This document shows positions 5,823 through 13,655 of a stretch of 13,655 nucleotides of DNA, one piece after another; within the stretch, counting starts at the first letter, position 1; every line of letters begins with the position of its first letter. The DNA lies in NCBI GenBank assembly GCA_020354945.1, contig CP070655.1, positions 134,912 through 148,566 on the forward strand, given 5' to 3'. Both the position numbers and the translations under genes were made by a program. Origin of the DNA: Candidatus Omnitrophota bacterium (GTDB lineage: Bacteria > Omnitrophota > Gorgyraeia > JABMRG01 > JAFGKX01). The notes below the pieces were generated by a model that did not search any database, had not been told where the DNA came from, and saw only the letters and a program-made list of their open reading frames with translations.

Positions 5823-5861
5823 GAGATTACTTCGCTCGAGTTCATGTTCGCCCGCAATGAC
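5823..5861. repeat. REP-like short intergenic repeat, copy 2
   Basis: GAGATTACTTCGctcgagttcatgttcgccCGCAATGAC; same ends and orientation as 3080-3120. Confidence 0.65.
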
Positions 5862-6023
5862 GTGGTGAAACTTCCCCATGATCGCTGACTTCCATATATC
5901 TTAAGCCCTGCTGGTTTAATTCAGAAACCTCATCGCAATAAACAGCGCCTGTTAAAACAAGAAATATGGCTATAAAAACACAAAAGGGGGCATTACCCTT
6001 TTCGGGATTACCCCCTTTTTCAT
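5842..6023 (-). pseudogene. Possible frameshifted, truncated remnant of a signal-peptide (TPR-like) gene
   Basis: ATG at 6023 reads MKKGVIPKRVMPPFVFL-stop. One extra T in the T5 run (5978-5974) joins it to IAIFLVLTGAVYC-DEVSELNQQGLRYMEVSD..., which then runs into the REP-like element and stops at 5844-5842. Confidence 0.35.
5974..6019 (-). terminator. Intrinsic terminator of groES-groEL
   Basis: AAAAGGGGG-UAAUCCC-GAAAA-GGGUAAUG-CCCCCUUUUGUGUUUUU starting about 23 nt after the groEL stop. Confidence 0.85.
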
Positions 6024-6042
6024 GCTCGGATTTCGAATTTTT

Positions 6043-7677
6043 TTAATACATTCCCCCTCCTGGCATTCCGCCTCCGGGCGGCATTGCGGGAGCAGGTTTT
6101 TCCTTCTCCGGAATATCGCTTACCACACTCTCTGTTGTTATCATAAGCGCAGCTATGCTGGCTGCATTCTGAAGGGCTGTCCTGGTAACCTTGGTCGGAT
6201 CCATGATGCCGCCTTCTATCATATCTTTATATTCCCCCTTTTCAGCATCAAAACCAACGTTGCCCTTTTCACCCTTTACCCTTTGCGCAACTACAGAACC
6301 TTCCTCGCCGGCATTTTCTGCAATTTGCCTGATTGGCACTTCAAGAGCTCTACGAACTATGTCTACGCCAACTTTTTCGTCACCTTTTGCTTTTACATCA
6401 TCGAGCTTGCTGATTGCACGAAGTAGCGCTACACCGCCGCCTGCAACTATGCCTTCTTCTACAGCGGCGCGGGTTGCATGAAGGGCATCCTCAACTCTGG
6501 CTTTTTTCTCCTTCATTTCGGTTTCGGTGGCTGCGCCGACATTTATCACTGCAACTCCGCCGGATAATTTGGCCAGACGTTCCTGTAATTTCTCTTTATC
6601 ATAATCAGAATCGCTGTCTTCTATCTGTTTTTTAATCTGATTTATTCTGGCGTTTATCTGGCTGGATGAGCCGGCTCCTTCTATTATAGTGGTATTTTCC
6701 TTATCGATGGACACTCTCTTTGCCCTGCCTAAATCATCTAAAGTTACATTTTCTAACTTTATACCTAAATCTTCGGTAACGGATTTGCCTTTAGTAAGGA
6801 CTGCTATATCCTCAAGCATGGCCTTACGTCTATCGCCGTAACCGGGGGCCTTTACTGCTGCGCAGGCTAATGTTCCGCGAATCTTATTTACTACCAGGGT
6901 GGCTAAGGCCTCACCCTCAACCTCTTCTGCTATAATAAGAAGTGGTTTTCCTGTTCTTGCTATTTGTTCAAGCAAAGGAATCATATCCTTCATAGCAGCT
7001 ATCTTTTTCTCGTGTAGGAGAATATAAGGCTCTTCCAGTGAAACTTCCATTTTCTCTACGTTGGTAACAAAATAAGGTGATAGATAACCCTGGTCAAACT
7101 GCATACCTTCAACCAGATCAAGGGATGTCTCCATGGCTTTAGCTTCTTCTACAGTAATTACACCGTCTTTTCCTACCTTTTCCATAGCTTCAGCTATAAG
7201 ATTGCCTATGGTAGTGTCTCCGTTGGCTGCTATTGTCCCTACCTGCGAAATCTCTGTTTTATCTTTTACATCCTTTTTTGTCTTATTTAAATAATCAACC
7301 ACTGCATTTACTGCCTTTTCAACCCCTCTTTTAAGAGCCATTGGATTGGCTCCGGCCGTAACATTCTTTAGGCCCTCGCCGTATATTGCTTCTGCCAAGA
7401 TTGTAGCAGTGGTGGTGCCGTCGCCTGCAACATCTGATGTCTTGGATGCAACCTCTTTTACCAGTTCAGCTCCTATATTCTCGTATGGGTCCTCGAGTTC
7501 TATCTCTTTTGCAACTGTAACACCGTCCTTCGTAATTGTGGGTGAGCCGAATTTCTTCTCTAAAATTACGTTCCTTCCTTTAGGGCCTAAAGTAACTTTC
7601 ACGGCTTTTGCTAACGTTCCTATGCCCGCTTTAATAGCCCTTCTGGCTTCATCGCTAAAAGTTAATTGTTTTGCCAT
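6043..7677 (-). CDS. groL: Chaperonin GroEL
   Basis: [48 protein letters not shown] and a GGM-type C-terminal tail; 544 aa. Confidence 0.99.
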   Translation of the reverse strand: MAKQLTFSDEARRAIKAGIGTLAKAVKVTLGPKGRNVILEKKFGSPTITKDGVTVAKEIELEDPYENIGAELVKEVASKTSDVAGDGTTTATILAEAIYGEGLKNVTAGANPMALKRGVEKAVNAVVDYLNKTKKDVKDKTEISQVGTIAANGDTTIGNLIAEAMEKVGKDGVITVEEAKAMETSLDLVEGMQFDQGYLSPYFVTNVEKMEVSLEEPYILLHEKKIAAMKDMIPLLEQIARTGKPLLIIAEEVEGEALATLVVNKIRGTLACAAVKAPGYGDRRKAMLEDIAVLTKGKSVTEDLGIKLENVTLDDLGRAKRVSIDKENTTIIEGAGSSSQINARINQIKKQIEDSDSDYDKEKLQERLAKLSGGVAVINVGAATETEMKEKKARVEDALHATRAAVEEGIVAGGGVALLRAISKLDDVKAKGDEKVGVDIVRRALEVPIRQIAENAGEEGSVVAQRVKGEKGNVGFDAEKGEYKDMIEGGIMDPTKVTRTALQNAASIAALMITTESVVSDIPEKEKPAPAMPPGGGMPGGGMY

Positions 7678-7693
7678 ATTTTTTCACCTCCAT

Positions 7694-7984
7694 TTACTCA
7701 ATTATAGCTAATACATCCTCTTCTTTCACAATAAGATGCTCTTCACCCTCAATCTTTATTTCTGTACCTGAATATTTGCCATATAAGACTTTATTGCCTA
7801 CTTTAACTTCCAGAGGTTCTACTTTGCCGCTTTCAAGTGTTTTGCCTTTACCCACAGCTACAATTTTGCCTTCCTGGGGTTTTTCCTTTGCTGTATCAGG
7901 CAATATGATACCACCCTTCGTCTTCTCCTCTGCCTTTAATGGCTTTATCAATATTCTATCACCCAAAGGTTTAATCTTTGCCAT
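7694..7984 (-). CDS. groS: Co-chaperonin GroES
   Basis: [40 protein letters not shown]; AAAGGAGG RBS; directly upstream of groL. Confidence 0.99.
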   Translation of the reverse strand: MAKIKPLGDRILIKPLKAEEKTKGGIILPDTAKEKPQEGKIVAVGKGKTLESGKVEPLEVKVGNKVLYGKYSGTEIKIEGEEHLIVKEEDVLAIIE

Positions 7985-8035
7985 GATCCGCTTCCTCCTT
8001 TCTAATGTTGTTTTTGATACATCCTCTTTAAATTG

Positions 8036-8062
8036 TTAGCACTCTCCTAAGAGGAGTGCTAA
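8036..8062. promoter_or_regulatory. CIRCE operator (HrcA binding site)
   Basis: Perfect TTAGCACTC-N9-GAGTGCTAA upstream of groES. Confidence 0.97.
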
Positions 8063-8153
8063 CAATTTAAAAATAAAAAAACTTCTTACTTAATCTAATT
8101 CGTTTCGCAGATTATTAGGTATAATCAAGACTGTGATTGAATTTGGAAAACCG

Positions 8154-8181
8154 ATTGTAGCAAAAATACAAAATTTGTCAA
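8154..8181 (-). promoter_or_regulatory. sigma70-type promoter for groESL
   Basis: TTGACA (8181-8176), 16-nt spacer, extended -10 TGcTACAAT (hexamer 8159-8154). Confidence 0.75.
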
Positions 8182-8190
8182 GAAAAATCT

Positions 8191-8940
8191 TTAATTTTTT
8201 CCATAAAGCAGTTTTAGGCCCTTCAAGGTTAGATTCTTGTCAACAATATCAATGTGTTTGCATCTTTTTTTAAAAAAAACGGCTAGGCCGCCGGTTGCAA
8301 TTACCTTTAGGTCTTTTGCATATCTTCTTTTGAAATCCTGTATTAATGCGTCGCACATATAAGAAAGTCCATAACGGGCCCCGCTTCTTATGCTATCAAC
8401 TGTGCTTTTACCTAAAAACGCCCCAGGCGCTTTCATCTTTACTTTAGGCAGCAGGGCAGTTTTTTTAAAAAGTGCATCAAGTGAAATTTCAATTCCCGGA
8501 GCTATTATGCCTCCTGCGTATTGGCCTTTTTTATTGATGTAATCAAATGTCGTTGCAGTGCCAAAATCAACAATAACAGCAGGCGCGCCATAAAGACGCT
8601 TGCATGCATAGGCATTGACCAGTCTATCTTTTCCTACCTGTTGCGGTTTTTTATAAAGATTTCTTATTGGAATTCTTATATACTTGCCAGCAACCTTCGC
8701 CTTTATTTTGAACAGTTGCTTTAAAAGCTGTTGCAAGGCAACGGTCTTTTTAGGAACTACACTACATATAATAATATAATCTACTTTATCCGCACGCCTG
8801 CCTGTATTCTTCTTCAGCCAGGCTTTTAGGTTTCTGGCATTAGCATCGGTATTTATCCTAAAAACTTTGACCAGCTTCTCCCCCTTAAACATACCAAAAG
8901 TGATTAAAGTGTTTCCTATATCTATTGTTAAAAGATTCAT
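8191..8940 (-). CDS. coaX: Type III pantothenate kinase
   Basis: LTIDIGNT, CSVVP, VGKDRLVN, IVDFGTATTFD, GGIIAPG, IATGG, LTLKGL; ATGA overlap with birA. Confidence 0.97.
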   Translation of the reverse strand: MNLLTIDIGNTLITFGMFKGEKLVKVFRINTDANARNLKAWLKKNTGRRADKVDYIIICSVVPKKTVALQQLLKQLFKIKAKVAGKYIRIPIRNLYKKPQQVGKDRLVNAYACKRLYGAPAVIVDFGTATTFDYINKKGQYAGGIIAPGIEISLDALFKKTALLPKVKMKAPGAFLGKSTVDSIRSGARYGLSYMCDALIQDFKRRYAKDLKVIATGGLAVFFKKRCKHIDIVDKNLTLKGLKLLYGKN

Positions 8941-9896
8941 CTTACCAGCTCCACATCTCCGGCAAGGATTTTCTTCTGAAAACCGTTATCCAACCTTAAT
9001 ATTAAAGCCCCTTCAGAATCAATGCCTGCTGCCTGCCCTTCTATCTTCTCACTATGGGATATTATCTTAACTCTGCTTCCCAGTATAGCCGAGAAATTCT
9101 GCCACTCCCGTACAATCGGGGCAAAACCTCTTTTTTTAAATAAAAGGTAATTAGATTCTAATTCCATTAACAATTTCCTTAAAAGCTGGGCCCTGGTTAT
9201 ATCTTTTGCCCCTTCTTCAAACAAGGAAGTAGCCCCTTTGGGAAGACTTGAGCGTTTAGTAATTACATTTATGCCTATACCTAATATAATAAAATTAACC
9301 CTGTCTGCTTCTGCATTCATCTCAGTAAGAATACCGCAAACTTTTCTTCTATTAATTAGCACATCATTAGGCCACCTTATCAATGCAGACAATCTGGTAA
9401 GCTTACTTATAACAGATGCTACGCTAACAGCAGCCAGTAAGGTTATTTTTGGCATCTGCATCGGCAAGATATCAGGTTTTAATATAACCGAAAAATATAT
9501 TCCTTTATATCTCGGGGAGAGCCATGGCCTGGAAAGCCTGCCCTTTGCTTTGGTTTGCCCTTCTGCGACCACTGTAGTCCCTTGTGGGTAATCTTTCTCT
9601 GCCAATTCGTAACATTTTGTATTTGTAGAACCTATAACATCATAATAAATTATTCTTTGGCCAATTATCTTTGTGTCAAGCCCAAATTTTATCTCTTCAG
9701 GAAAAAGTCTATCTGGCACGGCAGAGAGCCTGTATCCTAAATGAGGCACAGCCGCAAAATCATATCCCCTCTGGCGCAATTTTTCTATATGTTTCCATAT
9801 AGCTGCTCTGGAAATTCCCAGTTTTTGACTTATCTCTTCACCGGAAATGTAATTATCTGGATTTTTTCTGAATATATTCAGTATCTTTTCGTCCAT
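8937..9896 (-). CDS. birA: Bifunctional biotin-[acetyl-CoA-carboxylase] ligase / biotin repressor (group II, N-terminal winged HTH)
   Basis: [25 protein letters not shown]...[36 protein letters not shown] and a C-terminal SH3-like domain. Confidence 0.96.
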   Translation of the reverse strand: MDEKILNIFRKNPDNYISGEEISQKLGISRAAIWKHIEKLRQRGYDFAAVPHLGYRLSAVPDRLFPEEIKFGLDTKIIGQRIIYYDVIGSTNTKCYELAEKDYPQGTTVVAEGQTKAKGRLSRPWLSPRYKGIYFSVILKPDILPMQMPKITLLAAVSVASVISKLTRLSALIRWPNDVLINRRKVCGILTEMNAEADRVNFIILGIGINVITKRSSLPKGATSLFEEGAKDITRAQLLRKLLMELESNYLLFKKRGFAPIVREWQNFSAILGSRVKIISHSEKIEGQAAGIDSEGALILRLDNGFQKKILAGDVELVR

Positions 9897-11853
9897 AACC
9901 TTTTAATTTTTCAAGCTGGTCGCGGAAATAGGCGGCCTTTTCAAATTGCAGGTTGCGCGCTGCCAGCTCCATCTCTCTTTGTAAATCTGAAATTATCTCG
10001 TGAAGTTCATGCTCGGCCTGATCTTCTCCTGCAAATTCAGCTATTACCTCTTTGGCCTCATGCCATCTTTCTATACCCTCTTTTATGGCTTTATTGATGG
10101 AACGAGGGGCGATATGCATCTTTTTATTAAAAGCAAGTTGTTTTTTTCTTCTGCGGTTGGTTTCATCCAGCGCATTCTTCATAGATTTTGTCATTGTATC
10201 CGCATAAAGGATAACCTGGCCGTTTATGTTTCTCGCAGCTCTACCAGCAACTTGTATAAGAGAAGTTGTTGAACGCAAGAAGCCTTCCTTGTCAGCGTCT
10301 AACACGCACACCAGAGAAACCTCCGGTAAATCCAATCCTTCTCTTAATAGATTTATGCCGACTAAACAATCGAATTTCCTCAAACGCAAATCTCGCAAAA
10401 TCTCGACACGTTCAATAGCGCCAATTTCAGAATGGAGGTATTTTACATTTAATCCCATCTCATTTAAATAAGCGCTTAAATCTTCTGCCATTCTCTTGGT
10501 CAAGGTCGTAATCAACACCCTCTCTCTTCTTTTTGCACGTTCTTTGACTAAATGGATTATGTCATCAATTTGGCTCTTGGCGGGTTTGACTAAAACCTCC
10601 GGGTCTACTAATCCAGTCGGCCGTATAATTTGCTCAACCACTTCTTTGCTCTTTCTAATCTCGAAGGGGGCAGGGGTTGCAGATATAAAAATAACCTGAT
10701 TTATCAAAGATTCGAATTCATCAAATTTTAACGGCCGATTATCCAGACAGGAAGGCAGCCTGAACCCATATTTAACAAGGGTCTCTTTTCTGGAGTGGTC
10801 TCCCTCATACATTCCTCGCAATTGCGGCATTGTAACATGGGACTCGTCTACAACTATTAAAAACTCATCACTAAAATAATCTATTAATGTGTAAGGTCTT
10901 GAGCCGGGAGGTCTTCCAGAAAGGTGCCTTGAGTAATTTTCAACTCCGTGGCAATAACCTACTTCTTTTAGCATCTCCATATCATATCTGGTGCGTGATT
11001 CAAGGCGTTGAGCCTCCAGGAGTTTGTTTTCTTTTTTTAGCTCTGCGAGCCTTTCTTCTAATTCTTCTTCAATACTTTTTAGGGCATTGTTAATCTTTTC
11101 TTCGCTTGTGACAAAATGCTTGGCAGGATAAACGGCTATTCTTTCTAAAGGCTGTATAATATTTCCTGTAATAGGATTTACAAGTGCCAACTTTTCTATA
11201 ACATCATTAAATAATTCCACCCTTATGGCATCCCGGGCATAGGCAGGGAATATCTCTACCACATCTCCTCTTACCCTGAATGTCCCTCTTCCAAAATCGA
11301 TGTCATTACGCTTATAATATATATCCACTAATTGCTTAAGAAGTCTGTCGCGGGAAATCTCACTTTCCAGCTCTAAAAACACCAGCATCTTTTTGTATTC
11401 CGATGGGGAACCTAAATTATAAATGCAGGAGACGCTGGCTACAACGATTACATCGTTCCTTGACATAATAGAAGTAGTTGCAGATAACCTCAATCTATCC
11501 AATTCCTCGTTTATAGAGGCGTCTTTTTCTATATAGGTATCTGTCTGAGGAATATAAGCCTCCGGCTGGTAATAATCATAATAACTGACAAAATACTCAA
11601 CGCAATTTTCAGGAAAGAATTCTTTAAATTCGCCGTAAAGCTGCGCAGCAAGAAGCTTATTGTGTGATATTACCAGGGTGGGTTTATTTATCTTCTCTAT
11701 GATATTCGCTACACTGAAAGTCTTGCCCGAACCGGTGACTCCCAGTAAAGTCTGGTATTTCTTGCCATTGAGCAACCCTTCAAATAAAGACTCGATAGCC
11801 TGCGGTTGGTCACCACAGGCCTTAAATTTGCTTTTTAGTTTGAATTTTTTCAT
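9853..11853 (-). CDS. uvrB: Excinuclease ABC subunit B
   Basis: [59 protein letters not shown] and C-terminal UVR domain ([11 protein letters not shown]). Confidence 0.99.
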   Translation of the reverse strand: MKKFKLKSKFKACGDQPQAIESLFEGLLNGKKYQTLLGVTGSGKTFSVANIIEKINKPTLVISHNKLLAAQLYGEFKEFFPENCVEYFVSYYDYYQPEAYIPQTDTYIEKDASINEELDRLRLSATTSIMSRNDVIVVASVSCIYNLGSPSEYKKMLVFLELESEISRDRLLKQLVDIYYKRNDIDFGRGTFRVRGDVVEIFPAYARDAIRVELFNDVIEKLALVNPITGNIIQPLERIAVYPAKHFVTSEEKINNALKSIEEELEERLAELKKENKLLEAQRLESRTRYDMEMLKEVGYCHGVENYSRHLSGRPPGSRPYTLIDYFSDEFLIVVDESHVTMPQLRGMYEGDHSRKETLVKYGFRLPSCLDNRPLKFDEFESLINQVIFISATPAPFEIRKSKEVVEQIIRPTGLVDPEVLVKPAKSQIDDIIHLVKERAKRRERVLITTLTKRMAEDLSAYLNEMGLNVKYLHSEIGAIERVEILRDLRLRKFDCLVGINLLREGLDLPEVSLVCVLDADKEGFLRSTTSLIQVAGRAARNINGQVILYADTMTKSMKNALDETNRRRKKQLAFNKKMHIAPRSINKAIKEGIERWHEAKEVIAEFAGEDQAEHELHEIISDLQREMELAARNLQFEKAAYFRDQLEKLKGYGRKDTEYIQKKSR

Positions 11854-12731
11854 TCCGCTTTTAAAGAGAAGTCGATTGCTGGTGCGGAATGGGTAAGCGC
11901 ACCGATAGATATTCTGTCCACACCGGTTTGGGCAATTTCTGTAACATTGTCCAGATTTACATTTCCGGAAACCTCTAATAAGGTTTTAAAACCGATGTCT
12001 CCTTTTTTTATCCTGTATGCATCGCGCAATTGCACAGCTTCTTTTACATCGTTTATTTTCATATTATCGAGCATAATAATATCGGGATTCAGGCTTAATA
12101 CTTCTTTAAATTCGCCTAAATTTTTTACCTCTATTTCTATCTTTTTGTCCTTGGGCCCATATTTCCTTGCTTTCTCTATTGCCACCGTAACGGAAATCTT
12201 CTTCTTATATTTACTAACAACTGATAAATGATTATCCTTTATCAATATCTGATCATACAACCCCATTCTGTGATTCTTGCCCCCACCTATTTTTACTGCA
12301 TATTTTTGCAGGTATCTTAGCGTCGGTATAGTCTTTCTGGTATCCATAATTTGGGCTTTGTAATTTTTTACGGCATTAACAAATTTATTGGTTAAAGTTG
12401 AAATGCCGGAGAGCCACCCTAAAAAATTTAAGGCAGCTCTCTCGGCAATGAGAACTCCATAACAGCGGCCCTCTATATGAGCTACAATTTTTCCCTTAGA
12501 TACATAAGCGCCATCGCTGACCATAGGCCGAAAGTGGACATCTTTATCGATTATCGTAAAACAGGCCTCAGTAAGGGCTATACCACATACTATGCAGTGC
12601 TCATTAGGTAATACGATAAATTTACCCTGTTGGGTTTTCGGTATAACAGAGCGGGTAGTAATATCGCCTGCGCCTATGTCTTCTTTTAGGGCCTGTTCTA
12701 TAATGCGTTTTGTTTTTGGTTTGATAATCAT
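11850..12731 (-). CDS. nadC: Nicotinate-nucleotide diphosphorylase (carboxylating), quinolinate phosphoribosyltransferase
   Basis: [59 protein letters not shown]. Confidence 0.98.
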   Translation of the reverse strand: MIIKPKTKRIIEQALKEDIGAGDITTRSVIPKTQQGKFIVLPNEHCIVCGIALTEACFTIIDKDVHFRPMVSDGAYVSKGKIVAHIEGRCYGVLIAERAALNFLGWLSGISTLTNKFVNAVKNYKAQIMDTRKTIPTLRYLQKYAVKIGGGKNHRMGLYDQILIKDNHLSVVSKYKKKISVTVAIEKARKYGPKDKKIEIEVKNLGEFKEVLSLNPDIIMLDNMKINDVKEAVQLRDAYRIKKGDIGFKTLLEVSGNVNLDNVTEIAQTGVDRISIGALTHSAPAIDFSLKAE

Positions 12732-12738
12732 TATAAAC

Positions 12739-13440
12739 CTACTCTTTCAAGTCTTTTATTTCAGAGGGCCTAAGTTTTCTACAAGCCCCTCTTTTTATGC
12801 CTGCTCTTATTCCGGCATATTCTATGCGGTCAAGTTTCAATACTCTATATCCTATTGCCTCAAACATTCTCCTGACCTGCCTTTTTCTGCCTTCGTGAAT
12901 CCTTAATTGGACAGCTGCCTTATTTAAAATCTTTATCTTGCAAGGTGAAGTACGTTTCCCATCGATATACACACCTTTTTCTAATTTTTTTAGCTCAGAT
13001 TCAGTTATATCACCATCTACTTCTGCATTATATACTTTTTCTATTTCAAATTTTGGATGGGTCAGCCTGTATGCCAGTTCTCCATCGTTAGTTATAAGCA
13101 ATAAGCCGGTGGTGTTTTTATCAAGCCTTCCCACAGGGAATAGCCCTTTTATATCGGGGATGAGTTCCATTACGGTTTTTCTACGGCGCGGGTCCTTCGT
13201 AGTTGTAACATAGCCGACCGGTTTATTCAGCAGGAAATAATACTTTCTTTTTGCGAAAGGTGAAATTTTCCCGCCAAGAACTTCAATTGCATCTCTGGAA
13301 GGTTCAACAATGACACCCTGTTTTTTAACTATTTTCCCGTTTACTTTAACTTTACCGGAAGCAATGAGTTTTTCTGCCTTTCTGCGAGATGCAATACCTG
13401 CCTGTGCTATTGCTTTATGTAAACGAATGCGCGGGCTCAT
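12739..13440 (-). CDS. rluB: RsuA/RluB-family rRNA pseudouridine synthase with S4 domain
   Basis: RLHKAIAQAGIASRRKAE (S4), LNKPVG, PVGRLD (catalytic Asp), GLLLITNDG, LTHP, EGRKRQVRRM. The exact substrate (RluB vs other RsuA members) cannot be determined by eye. Confidence 0.9.
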   Translation of the reverse strand: MSPRIRLHKAIAQAGIASRRKAEKLIASGKVKVNGKIVKKQGVIVEPSRDAIEVLGGKISPFAKRKYYFLLNKPVGYVTTTKDPRRRKTVMELIPDIKGLFPVGRLDKNTTGLLLITNDGELAYRLTHPKFEIEKVYNAEVDGDITESELKKLEKGVYIDGKRTSPCKIKILNKAAVQLRIHEGRKRQVRRMFEAIGYRVLKLDRIEYAGIRAGIKRGACRKLRPSEIKDLKE

Positions 13441-13655
13441 TAGGCGAGATTCTTAAGGCTTTCCTTTAGTTTCTCTAACTTTGCCTTGGTAATTTGGGCC
13501 TTTTCTTTGTTCTTCTCAATAGCTTTTTGATTGTCATCAAATTTATTAATAAGACTTTGTTTCTCCTTAACTTTAAGTCTCATATTCTCTAAATCAAGAG
13601 ATAATTTTTCAACCATTAAACCATATTTTATATAGTCATCAGATTTCTTCTTAAT
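13440..13655 (-). CDS. C-terminal fragment of a coiled-coil-rich hypothetical protein (runs off the right edge)
   Basis: Open frame IKKKSDDYIKYGLMVEKLSLDLENMRLKVKEKQSLINKFDDNQKAIEKNKEKAQITKAKLEKLKESLKNLA-stop; the TAA overlaps the rluB ATG (TAATG). Confidence 0.75.
   Translation of the reverse strand: MKKKSDDYIKYGLMVEKLSLDLENMRLKVKEKQSLINKFDDNQKAIEKNKEKAQITKAKLEKLKESLKNLA

Noticed and set aside
5842-6045. Stop-codon read-through extension of GroEL (the downstream open frame is in frame with groL)
   Set aside because: GroEL ends in a normal GGM tail with TAA followed by a strong terminator; the shared frame is a one-in-three coincidence.
6022-13213. Remaining plus-strand ORFs over groESL, coaX, birA, uvrB, nadC and rluB
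   Set aside because: All are antisense shadows of well-conserved genes.
13440-13655. C-terminal coiled-coil arm of valyl-tRNA synthetase (valS often precedes nadC-birA-coaX)
   Set aside because: Lacks the characteristic L.N..F..KAP..VV motif; left as hypothetical.

Overview
AT-rich bacterial chromosomal window in which every credible gene is on the minus strand. In transcription order (right to left): the C-terminus of a coiled-coil protein, then a tightly overlapped rluB-nadC-uvrB-birA-coaX run; groES-groEL with a sigma70-type promoter, a perfect CIRCE operator and a terminator; a GuaB3-type IMP dehydrogenase; an accessory stretch (about 2.5-4.6 kb); and an EF-G-like (EF-G2) gene followed by the 5' part of yebC. 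The accessory stretch is the most interesting part. A promoter drives a c-di-GMP-I (GEMM-I) riboswitch with a readable terminator/antiterminator platform (predicted OFF switch), controlling two coupled uncharacterised genes: a ribbon-helix-helix-like protein and a small signal-peptide protein. Upstream of that promoter lie three tandem 8-bp palindromic TTGTACAA boxes reminiscent of RHH operators. The window also has two long palindromic elements (one supplies the guaB3 stop codon), two copies of a short REP-like repeat, a small ORF split by one in-frame TAA and ending in PPP, and a probable frameshifted remnant of an exported-protein gene. All calls come from reading the sequence by eye; no database searches or folding calculations were run.
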